64,000 nt of DNA, taken from assembly GCA_048938105.1 (NCBI GenBank), contig JBHLMN010000011.1:32001-96000 (forward strand). The letters run 5' to 3'. The position numbers were made by a program, and so were the translations under genes. Shown here piece by piece: positions 29,639 to 39,108 of this stretch (position 1 is its first letter; each line of letters opens with the position of its first letter). This DNA comes from Promethearchaeota archaeon (GTDB lineage Archaea > Asgardarchaeota > Heimdallarchaeia > Hodarchaeales > Hodarchaeaceae). The notes beneath the pieces were generated by a model. The model ran no database searches and was not told the DNA's origin. It saw nothing but the letters and a program-made list of their open reading frames with translations.

Positions 29639-30658
29639 TTGATAAGGAAGGTAAATATAATGATCTTTAATAAAGAGTGTGATCCACATCCTTATAATAA
29701 GAGTACATTCATGACGACTCATAATTCCTATCGATGGTCAATAACCAAACAACTTGATATTGGAATCAGAGGATTTGAACTGGACATACATGATACTTGG
29801 ACATTACCTGAAAGAATATTGGGAAAGTTATCAGGAGGTAGATATAAAGGGAACTTCAAGATAGGTCATGGTTGGGCTGGACATGAGGTGCATCATCGAA
29901 AAAGGGGAAATCCTTGGGGAAATAATGTCGAAAAGTGGTTAGGGAAGATAGCTGAATGGTCGAGAGAGCATAATGGTCATCCTCCGATCACAGTGTTTAT
30001 AGATATTAAGAAGAATTTGGTTGATGCCAATAACAAACCACCTGAGCAGTTCGGTCTTATCCGTTTGAACGAACAAATTCTCAATGTGTTCAAGAACAAC
30101 GAAGCTAGATTGGTTACTTCAGAAGATTTTGCCAACTTCTTCAAAAGACAGGATTCAGGCCCCACTATTGGAGATTTACGAAACAAGATCATTGTTGTTT
30201 TAATGAGTTTTCACGTCCCATTGGAAAAAGAGTTACAAAAAAATCCAAACCTCATCAAGAGAGTTTTTAGTCGGCTTATTAAGTCCTGGAAAGAATTACC
30301 TATCCATTTTTTTATTGATCCAATAGGTGCAATGAAAACGAGGATAGTTTATCAAAAAGGGAGGATTAAAAACGATATACCCCTTGATGCCATTTGTTGT
30401 GTCGCTTTCAACCCTCAAGATCCAGATGAATCTGATTATGAACCTTTCCTTGAGGAAAAATCATTATTTGTTACACCATACTCTCCCGATAAATATACAG
30501 ATTATATATCCCGTTGTTGCGAAAAAGGTTTGATTGTACGGTCAGATTATAAAAAACGAGATGGTTCTTGGCCCCCTCTTCCTCCTTGTGTTAATTTTCC
30601 CGTAGCTGACGATTGGGAAGATGACGGGTATCTAAACGCGACTGACTGGGTGAAATAA
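29639..30658 (+). CDS. PI-PLC X-domain phosphodiesterase (phosphatidylinositol-specific phospholipase C-like)
   Basis: THNSY, QLDIGIRGFELDIH, IGHG, PTIGDLRNKII; no signal peptide; start may be ATG 29660. Confidence 0.85.
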   Translation: MIRKVNIMIFNKECDPHPYNKSTFMTTHNSYRWSITKQLDIGIRGFELDIHDTWTLPERILGKLSGGRYKGNFKIGHGWAGHEVHHRKRGNPWGNNVEKWLGKIAEWSREHNGHPPITVFIDIKKNLVDANNKPPEQFGLIRLNEQILNVFKNNEARLVTSEDFANFFKRQDSGPTIGDLRNKIIVVLMSFHVPLEKELQKNPNLIKRVFSRLIKSWKELPIHFFIDPIGAMKTRIVYQKGRIKNDIPLDAICCVAFNPQDPDESDYEPFLEEKSLFVTPYSPDKYTDYISRCCEKGLIVRSDYKKRDGSWPPLPPCVNFPVADDWEDDGYLNATDWVK

Positions 30659-31387
30659 TGATTTCAAAATCATGAATCTAGACAGCTAATTCCAATCTTT
30701 CCTTTTGTGGTTCAAATATAGACATATCAACAGGAATTAAATCAACTTCTTGTAGTAAGGGGTATATCCATGGATCGCACACAATTTTTCAAGGGTTTAA
30801 GCGTTCCGATAATAGCATTAATTGTTTATTTGCTATTGTATAGCTAGATAGTATCAACACACAGACCTCCAGATGGACGGTACAGTGGTTATCTTTGCAA
30901 TGAAGAAGAGTAGGATAAAGTACGCAAGTGTCCACGGCGAGTGCGTCAACGGATGCTAGTACTGAATCGCAGCCCGATGCTTGAACTGCACCCCTTCATA
31001 TTGAAAGCTCGCAAGCGAAGGGGTTCACATTGTCATTTACAGCTATTCTTATTTTTGTTAAACTTAATGACTCAACTAGATTTTCGTATTGTCCATCTCA
31101 AAGATGATTTGAGCTTAGTGATCCTCTATTGCAATCAGGACCCGTCATTCATAACTAAACTAAGAGAAAAAATCATCCCACAATATGAGGAAGACTAAAA
31201 AAAGGGTATTTTTTTCAGGTAAGGCAAAATGATCATTATGGTTACTTATGACAAATCCCTCTTAACTGGAGATATGATGATTTTACACTTGGTTGATGGA
31301 AAAATCGCTCCAATCTACCAATCTAAGAGTCAAACTGCTAAAATCGAGGGGAACTGATAATCCTGAATCGCTTCAAAAAGTGGGAAC

Positions 31388-33025
31388 ATGTCGTCGATAC
31401 AACAGAAAATTAGGTACTTCAAAAACAATATTACTCCTCACTCCCGTAGCTACATTTATTTGGGGACTGGTCTCATCATCACGGGTCTGATTTTCTTACA
31501 GGTGTCGTCAAACATTTCAGTATCTTATTCTGCCTATATGGGATTTGAATACAAGTTTGAATGGGATAGTACACTCGCCTCTTATAATTATCTGCAGATT
31601 GGAACGATTCCACAGGGATTGGTTGGATTACAACTTGACATGCCGGTTCGATTCACAGAGAAGACCAATCATAGTTTTGTTCTTCATGTATTTTTATTAC
31701 CTGAAAAAGGAGATGTTTTGTATCATTATACAGGGGTATTCCCTGATCTTATTCCTGAACTCCGTAAGGATCTTACTCCAGAGATTCTCTCTTCTCACGC
31801 TGTTTTCGAGGACATTCTTAGCTTTGATGTACAAGGGACACAAGAAACAACCATTTCGATGAAATTCCCCTCCGATAATGCTTACAATGTGGTTTTCTTA
31901 GCTGATTCCGCCTCAATCTACGGGAATCTTAGCGGAACACTGATTGTTGAGAATTACTACTTACATGGGCATGACCAAGGAGGAGTACTGATCGGTGTAA
32001 CTCTATTGGGGTCAGGAATGCTTTTGTGGGGAGTTGTTGTTATCTATCCAGCTGCAGTACCGTTCATACAACAATATCGACAGAAAGATAATGAAGAAAA
32101 ATCCTCGTTTGGTAATCTTTTCGAGAATATGAAATCCTTTGTTAAGGAAAATAGGATGTCAGCAACCCAACGACAATCCCAAAATTTCCTTCTACTTCTT
32201 AAATATGAATTTCATCAGGTTATTGGAAGCCCATTCATCATTGGCTTTATACCATTTGTCGCATTCATTCTCCTTGAGCGGTTGCAAGAAGTCTTTCGTG
32301 CGTGGGAGCCTTCAGGTGGCTATAGATTTGGCGAGTTTGGCACAACCACAAGGGTACAGGGCATTGGTATATACATTATTGATTTAAGTCTTGTTCTTGT
32401 ATTTGCCCTTCTCTTTCTGTTCCGAGAACAGGATGAGGACCTACATAGGGTGCAACTCGCACTTCCATTCCGTAGGACTGGATACATCATGGCAAAGTTC
32501 TTTGTAGTTATGATACTTTCCTTTGTGCTGTGTATTTCATTTGTAGGTGGCACATTTTTTCTAGTTCCCGTCAGAAATCCAGCAATTGGTTTTCAGCCTT
32601 TGTGGTATATCTGGGCTCCTTTTCTTGCATATATTAGTTTTACATTTGCACTTACTTCGTTAGGATTCTGTTTGGCTATTATCTTGAAGAACTCCCGTCA
32701 TGCGATCTTTTTTTGGGTGGGAATTTTTGTTATTTGGTTCTACGCGTCACTCGACCTTCAAGGGGGAATTTTGCCTTATACTGAACATTACGCTAGGGAG
32801 CCACACCTGCAAGAGACATTTAACTCTCATTTTTCACTTCTTTCGGCCGAACGAATAATAGAATACTTTTTGTTGAGGCCTCAAACTCCTACTTGGGCGA
32901 TGAACGACCTACTATACTTCCATGACACAATTATAAATCCGTTGATTGCTCTGGGATTCATGTTGCTAGTAACAGTGGTATGTTCTATTGTTGCTTTTGT
33001 TATATTCAGGAGGAGAGACTTATGA
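31388..33025 (+). CDS. ABC-2 type exporter permease with extracellular domain
   Basis: LALPFRRTGYIMAKF motif, C-terminal FRRRDL, multiple TMs. Confidence 0.85.
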   Translation: MSSIQQKIRYFKNNITPHSRSYIYLGTGLIITGLIFLQVSSNISVSYSAYMGFEYKFEWDSTLASYNYLQIGTIPQGLVGLQLDMPVRFTEKTNHSFVLHVFLLPEKGDVLYHYTGVFPDLIPELRKDLTPEILSSHAVFEDILSFDVQGTQETTISMKFPSDNAYNVVFLADSASIYGNLSGTLIVENYYLHGHDQGGVLIGVTLLGSGMLLWGVVVIYPAAVPFIQQYRQKDNEEKSSFGNLFENMKSFVKENRMSATQRQSQNFLLLLKYEFHQVIGSPFIIGFIPFVAFILLERLQEVFRAWEPSGGYRFGEFGTTTRVQGIGIYIIDLSLVLVFALLFLFREQDEDLHRVQLALPFRRTGYIMAKFFVVMILSFVLCISFVGGTFFLVPVRNPAIGFQPLWYIWAPFLAYISFTFALTSLGFCLAIILKNSRHAIFFWVGIFVIWFYASLDLQGGILPYTEHYAREPHLQETFNSHFSLLSAERIIEYFLLRPQTPTWAMNDLLYFHDTIINPLIALGFMLLVTVVCSIVAFVIFRRRDL

Positions 33026-33759
33026 AATTGATGGAGAAGAGTACTCCATTTGTTGTTGCAGAAAACCTCAGTAAGAATTACACAACCGTCAAAGCTTTAT
33101 CCGAAGTCACTTTTTCTTTAGATCCAGGAATTTGGGGTTTAATCGGGCCAAATGGCGCTGGAAAGACCACACTCCTCAATTTAATATGGGGTATTATCCA
33201 CCCTTCCTCTGGAAGCCTCTCAATCTTGGGTTTTGACCCAACACAGGATGATCTTCGGTTAAAAAAACAATTAGGGGTTTGCTTCACGTCTCAAGGATTT
33301 TCTTACGGGTATTCTTGTAAAGATTACCTTAGAATGGTTGCAAGCGCATATGATATCCCTCTTGTGTTTATTAACTCTTTAGTGTTTTTTCTCTTGGAAA
33401 CCTTAGAATTGGATTCCGTGATAAATCGTGACACAAGAGAATTATCTTCTGGAATGAAACAAAAACTTGCTATAGCCCAGTGTTTGGTAGGACTTCCCCA
33501 CCTTGCTATCCTAGACGAACCTTTTGCTAATCTCGATCCATATGCTAAAGTATATGTCAGAGATCTTTTTCTAAAATTCTATAACACTTTTGAGACGAAC
33601 TTTCTAATTTCTAGCCACTCTCTTGAGGATTTAGCGGCCTTTTGCACAAATTATCTCTTTATTGACCGAGGAAAAGTGCTTTGGCAAGGTTCAAGTAAAG
33701 AAGTTCCCAAGGACGATCTACTTGATTTCTACCTGCGGATAACTGCGACCGCTGACTGA
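33022..33759 (+). CDS. ABC transporter ATP-binding protein
   Basis: GPNGAGKTT, LSSGMKQK, ILDEP, SSH; ATGA overlap with the permease stop. Confidence 0.93.
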   Translation: MKLMEKSTPFVVAENLSKNYTTVKALSEVTFSLDPGIWGLIGPNGAGKTTLLNLIWGIIHPSSGSLSILGFDPTQDDLRLKKQLGVCFTSQGFSYGYSCKDYLRMVASAYDIPLVFINSLVFFLLETLELDSVINRDTRELSSGMKQKLAIAQCLVGLPHLAILDEPFANLDPYAKVYVRDLFLKFYNTFETNFLISSHSLEDLAAFCTNYLFIDRGKVLWQGSSKEVPKDDLLDFYLRITATAD

Positions 33760-34264
33760 TTTCAATCTTAGGACCAAATAAATCTCTCAGAACTATTTAA
33801 ATGATAGAAATATAAGCGCAATTATTATGGGGCAGAAAGTGTGGTTTGTTCCAGACCCAAATATTTTTTTCATCCCAGGAATTCAGGATTGATATAATAA
33901 ATATTGAGATTAAGAGTATGGATACTAAGCCTATATTTTTACCTTTCAAAATTCTTCTCTCCATCATTATTTGTCTGTAGTACCAAAAAGGGGGTTAGAA
34001 ACATTTAGAAAATATTTCAATTGGCCTTCTTTAGCCATTGTATTCTCTCACTTCCTTTTTACTCTCTCACTCGCTTGATTAACGCCTTTTTATCCTCAAT
34101 TATTTACATAAAGGAGTCTTCTGGCGAATACGTTTATTGAAATTATGATATAATTATAGATATTTTCAAATAAAAGCCTTTTCGCATTTAACAAATCATC
34201 CCATTTTATGGCCTAGAAGTCGATTTGAAATATTAATCTTACTCCAATATTTCAGGGATTTATT

Positions 34265-35275
34265 TCACCCTGTTTGACTGATGAACCCTACACGACATGT
34301 CCATAGATAGAAGAACACCCCACCCACGATCACACAGGTCGCAATAATCAAGTTTAGGGAAGGAGGGATCGGAATTTCAGTCAATGCGATGAGAAAATAG
34401 GGAATGAACCACCCAACGACAATTAACGGAACAAAAACGAGGAGAGTAATAAAGAATCTTGATTGAGAGGAAGGAATCTCACTGATTTCCGCAATATTGG
34501 CAGGAACATTCCATCTAGTGAGAAAGAAGACCTTTCGTTTAATGACAGGTAAGAGAGAGATTAAGAAGATTAAAAATGTAATGATGATACTAAGTTGTCC
34601 AATAACAACTAAAATAGTCATGAGAGGGATAAATGAGAGGAATTTACGCCTATAGGCGTTAATTATAATTGAGACCAACAACCTGCCCCACCACTGTGTA
34701 CAATAAGACACAATCACAACACCAGGATAATACAATAACCCAGTATGGATGAGATGTTTATCCCAGTAAACAGAGAAAGAAAAAGCAACAAGAAAAAAGA
34801 GAATGGAACATAAACCCAACATGATGAAGAACAAAGTCATGAGGAGGTAATGTAGATTGTTCTCTATGAGAGGTATGGGAATAAATCCTTTATGGAAGGC
34901 GGAGAGAATTGGAGGGAGGGGAATAACCATGACAATGCCACAAATTGGAAAAACAGAGTAAAAGAGAATTTTAAACAGGCGAGGAACCTCAGTAGATGAG
35001 GTTGGAAAATCAATTTGAATCACAAACATTAAGAAAAGAAAGACTCCAAGAGTTAAGAGGGGAAGATAATGATATTCTGGGAGTAATATCAGGTCAGACG
35101 CCAATCCTGCATCCGCCTGAAGAAACTCAATCCAAGAGAAACCCGCAACACTAATTCCCCACAGAATTTCCTTCATCAACACGGGATAGTTGAACCCCGT
35201 CACCACAACAGCGAGCAGACACATGAAACAATAGAGCAGGGGGCGAGTTTGGAGGTGGCGTAACCGCTGATACAT
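34265..35275 (-). CDS. Multi-pass membrane protein coupled to the LRR gene
   Basis: About 8-9 TMs; start reassigned to the ATG overlapping the LRR stop (TAATG at 35273-35277). Confidence 0.72.
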   Translation of the reverse strand: MYQRLRHLQTRPLLYCFMCLLAVVVTGFNYPVLMKEILWGISVAGFSWIEFLQADAGLASDLILLPEYHYLPLLTLGVFLFLMFVIQIDFPTSSTEVPRLFKILFYSVFPICGIVMVIPLPPILSAFHKGFIPIPLIENNLHYLLMTLFFIMLGLCSILFFLVAFSFSVYWDKHLIHTGLLYYPGVVIVSYCTQWWGRLLVSIIINAYRRKFLSFIPLMTILVVIGQLSIIITFLIFLISLLPVIKRKVFFLTRWNVPANIAEISEIPSSQSRFFITLLVFVPLIVVGWFIPYFLIALTEIPIPPSLNLIIATCVIVGGVFFYLWTCRVGFISQTG

Positions 35276-36660
35276 TAATAATCCCAAGAATTTATATACA
35301 GGCGCCGTTGCTCTTTGTAATAGGCGTGGAGGCGTGGGGGAAGACCTGACACACAAATACGACCAATGGAAGGAGGAAGAACCCGTAAGGGATTGTTTGC
35401 TAAAGAAAGGCACAAGGTCAAGGAAAGATTGCCAATATTCGCAGGAAGCTCCTCTAAACAATTGGATTCCAGAGATAAGAAATCTAGTGGGAAATCACAC
35501 ACAAAATCAGGAAGATGGGAGATTTGGTTATTGGCTAATTCTAAATTCCGAAGCTGCTTCAAATTCTGGAGAGTAGGAGGAAGAGTAGTTAATTGGTTGT
35601 TACTTAAACATAAATTTCTTAATTTCGATAAGTGACAAATAATCTCTGGGAAATCAGAGATCTGATTGCTATGTATGCTTAAATCTTCCAACTGTGTGAG
35701 GTTACCAAGAGTGTTTGGTAAAAATTGTAACTTATTATTACTACAGAAGAGAGTATGCAGCTTAATCAGGTTACCTACTGACTCGGGTAACGTGGTTAAT
35801 TGATTATTACTTAAAATTAAGACTTTAAGTTGAAATAATTCGTTAATTCCCTGGGGAAGAGATGAAAGATTATTATCACCTACAGACAATCCTTCCAGCT
35901 GTTTTAGTTTACAAATCGCCTCAGGAAGCGCTGGAATCTGATTCCAGCCTAACCTTAAAATTTTTAAATTGATTAGATTACCAATGCTGTCAGGACATGC
36001 TGTAAGGCGATTATCCGAGAGATCAAGCAGAGTCAAGCTGGTCAAGTGGGTAATTTCTGCTAAAGCAGTCTCATCTAACGCATTGTTCGCTAAAGAGAGC
36101 TCTCTCAGGGCAGTTAAATTTCGGAAACATGATGGGATTTGTCGCAGTTGGGCATTCTTAAGAGTTAACGCCTCCACGCGAGGAAACTGACAAAATAAAC
36201 TGGGTATCTTCCCTAACGGGTAATTTTCCACCTCCAACTCCTCGAGGTGTACCAACTGAATGATCGAAGGAGGGAACACAAGCTGTGTGTTCATTTGGTC
36301 GTCCGTAACGAACAATAAGCGCACCACCCGTCTCTCCTCCACAAAAACCACCCCAGAACCAGGAAGAAACCAAGTCCACCCTTCCTCTTCCGTGACATCT
36401 TCCTCACTGACATAGACAAATCTGATCTTCCCGAACTCCTGTAGGATGTTCACTTCCTCCCGCTCGAGATACTCTAACGGATCGATAGGCTCTCCTTCCG
36501 TATCTATACTGCGCCGTTGTGGCCGTTGGCGTTCTCGTTCAAAGTACTTCAAGCTTCTTTCCGCTAGGAGCCTCTCCATCCGATCCCTCTCGGTTTCGTT
36601 TTTTCCCATATGCCTCACCGATTCATCCGTATTGGCTTTTCGTCTCCTCTCTTTCTCCAT
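35275..36660 (-). CDS. Leucine-rich repeat protein with charged N-terminal extension
   Basis: About 12 23-aa repeats LxxLPxxxxNLxxLxxLxLxxN; Arg/Glu-rich N-terminus. Confidence 0.93.
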   Translation of the reverse strand: MEKERRRKANTDESVRHMGKNETERDRMERLLAERSLKYFERERQRPQRRSIDTEGEPIDPLEYLEREEVNILQEFGKIRFVYVSEEDVTEEEGWTWFLPGSGVVFVEERRVVRLLFVTDDQMNTQLVFPPSIIQLVHLEELEVENYPLGKIPSLFCQFPRVEALTLKNAQLRQIPSCFRNLTALRELSLANNALDETALAEITHLTSLTLLDLSDNRLTACPDSIGNLINLKILRLGWNQIPALPEAICKLKQLEGLSVGDNNLSSLPQGINELFQLKVLILSNNQLTTLPESVGNLIKLHTLFCSNNKLQFLPNTLGNLTQLEDLSIHSNQISDFPEIICHLSKLRNLCLSNNQLTTLPPTLQNLKQLRNLELANNQISHLPDFVCDFPLDFLSLESNCLEELPANIGNLSLTLCLSLANNPLRVLPPSIGRICVSGLPPRLHAYYKEQRRLYINSWDY

Positions 36661-37238
36661 TGATTGCTATTAGCACTTTTTCCTATTTAAACCTTACTCT
36701 ATGCGAACCTTTATAAACCCCACAGGTGTATTTTTGAAAAACTTCCTTTCATGGGTTCCATAGTAATCTCTTCCCATTATTCCCACCATTTCCACCGACT
36801 GTGAGGTCATCCACCCCGACTTATTAGACATCTCTTATCATATGGTTCTCTCCTCCCCCTGTTCTTCCTTAGTTCACGATTTCAGGGGATGCCTTTTACC
36901 ATTTTTCATTTCCCCGTTTCTTCACTGTTGGTTTTTCTTAGCACCGACCCGACTTTTTTTCTTCGAACCCTATTCCATCGTACGGGAGGGGTTCCGCCTT
37001 CTTACCATTTCTATCGGGTTCGTTGGCTCTTTTCTCCTCACTCAAACTCCCTCAAATAAAAGCAATCTTACCTTAAAATCAAAACCAAAGGTTTTTAAAA
37101 CAACGGAGGAAGGTGGTACTTGCATACGCAAAATAAAGGCGTCTCCGCCAGTTGACTGAAACGGTGTCTGAGACGTTTATAAATGATCGCTTTGTAAGTG
37201 ATCTTTTTTTTGACAAAACTACTCTGAAGTGAACAAAA

Positions 37239-38381
37239 ATGTCTGTAGCAGAAGGAATTACTGGAAAACCCCTCGTCATCGATAATGGGACAGGGCTTAG
37301 TAAAAATGGTTATGCCGGTGAAGACCAACCCCGCTCAGTGTTCCCCACCTTAATTGGTTACCCCAAATATCAGTCCATTATGTCTGATGTGGATCATTAT
37401 GTCCGGGAATACTACGTGGGAGAAGAAGCCATGAACTTACGTGGTGTCCTCAAGCTTATCTACCCGATTCTTCATGGAATTGTGACGGATTGGGATGCCA
37501 TGGAAAAGATTTGGCATTACACTTTCCATAATGATCTTCGTGTCAATCCAAGTGAACACCCCATTTTATTGACCGAAGCTCCTTTGAATCCTGGATCTAA
37601 TCGTGAGAAGATGGCTGAAATTTTATTTGAGACGTTCAACGTCCCTGCCATGTATGTCTCAATGCAAGCAGTGCTGTCACTGTATGCTTCTGGTCGTACC
37701 ACTGGTTTAGTTATTGATGCTGGTGATGGTGTGATTCACATTGTCCCGATTTACGAAGGCTTTGCGATCTCCCATGCGATCAGTCGTATTGATATTGCGG
37801 GTCGGGACATTACTGAGTATCTCCGCCGATTACTCCGAACCCGTGGTCGGGCTTTGACCTCCTCTGCCGAGAAGGAAATTGTCCGTGATATTAAGGAACG
37901 GTTGTGCTATGTCGCTCTCGATCCCGAGAAAGAGCTGAAGCTTGCTGAGAAAGTTTCTGGTATGGAAAAGCAATATACTCTCCCTGACGGCGAAACCCTT
38001 ACCATTGGGCCTGAACGATTTTTGGCTCCAGAAGCTTTCTTCAATCCTAGTGCCCTCGGTAAAGAAGAAACACCTCTTGATGAAGCCATCTATAACGCTG
38101 TCCAGCTCTGTGATATTGACTTACGTAAAGAACTCTATCAAAATATTGTTCTTTCTGGCGGCTCTACCATGTTCCCAGGCTTGAAAGAGCGTCTTCACAA
38201 AGAACTCACTGAACTTGTTCCTGAAAATGTTGAGATTCGGATTGTCGCTCCTCCCGAGCGCCGTTATTCTGTTTGGATTGGTGGTTCTATTCTCTCTTCT
38301 TTAAAAACCTTCCAGCGCCTCTGGGTCTCCCGCAAAGAATATCAAGAACAAGGCCCTGGCGTTATTAAACGCGCTATCTAA
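37239..38381 (+). CDS. Asgard actin (lokiactin-type)
   Basis: [68 protein letters not shown]; co-linear with eukaryotic actin. Confidence 0.98.
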   Translation: MSVAEGITGKPLVIDNGTGLSKNGYAGEDQPRSVFPTLIGYPKYQSIMSDVDHYVREYYVGEEAMNLRGVLKLIYPILHGIVTDWDAMEKIWHYTFHNDLRVNPSEHPILLTEAPLNPGSNREKMAEILFETFNVPAMYVSMQAVLSLYASGRTTGLVIDAGDGVIHIVPIYEGFAISHAISRIDIAGRDITEYLRRLLRTRGRALTSSAEKEIVRDIKERLCYVALDPEKELKLAEKVSGMEKQYTLPDGETLTIGPERFLAPEAFFNPSALGKEETPLDEAIYNAVQLCDIDLRKELYQNIVLSGGSTMFPGLKERLHKELTELVPENVEIRIVAPPERRYSVWIGGSILSSLKTFQRLWVSRKEYQEQGPGVIKRAI

Positions 38382-38382
38382 G

Positions 38383-38425
38383 TTCTTCCAATCTCCCCTT
38401 TTTTTTTCTTCTTTTTCTTTATTGA
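38383..38425 (+). terminator. Pyrimidine/oligo(T) terminator after the actin gene
   Basis: Long C/T tract with T-runs directly after the stop. Confidence 0.6.
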
Positions 38426-39108
38426 ATTTTCTTTAGCTATTTGCGAAAATGGCTTTTGAACCAATTAATCTTTCTTGATGAACCCACAACGTGCATAATT
38501 TTCTCGATAGTTCCAGGTAAGAGGTTGAAACTCCTAATTTTGTGATAGAAGTGATATTTAGGAGTTTTTTCACTTAATTGACGTATTGCAGTGTCTCTCT
38601 TTAATAAATAAGAATGGCTAGCATCTTTCAATTGATTTATCTTTCCTTATTAGTACTAAATTTTCTTTGCTTATGCAACCTTTTAATATTTTTCATAATG
38701 GAATCCATCATTTTCCTTTTCCTGCTATCAAAAGGATATTAAGAGCCTCTGTACATCCTTCTAGTCCAAATAATGAGAGAAAAAGAGAATGAAACCCCTA
38801 CTACACCTCAAAATCAATGAATTTGACATCCTAACATTAAGATTTTTGATATAACTCCTTATGGAGCGCGGTAAGGCTGGGATTGTAGTTGAGATCGCGT
38901 GTGATGTTTTTTTTCATTAAACAGAATTCTTTCTACTATTTGTGGAAAAGTTATTATACTAGAGATATCTGTATACATGGAAACAACCTGTTCAAACAGT
39001 CTCCCTACACCTTCTCTGAAACTGGAGGGGTAATTATCACAAAAAAGTCCATTTAAAGCAATATGGTTGTTTTAGATTACCATTTTGAAGTATTTGGAGA
39101 GTTAAACT

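Noticed and set aside
30770-31198. Short ORFs after the PLC gene (including 30941-31198) as a fourth system component
   Set aside because: Fragmented by stops, with no recognisable domain; possibly decayed sequence, but not supportable
35276-35461. N-terminal extension of the 398 aa ORF given in the track
   Set aside because: It overlaps the LRR gene in another frame; the TAATG coupling at 35273-35277 gives a better start
36842-37328. ORFs 36842-37159, 37079-37279 and 37095-37328
   Set aside because: Composition reflects pyrimidine-rich non-coding DNA or antisense overlap with actin; no recognisable motifs
38437-38631. 64 aa minus-strand ORF downstream of actin
   Set aside because: No motif or RBS and a non-ATG start; cannot be distinguished from chance
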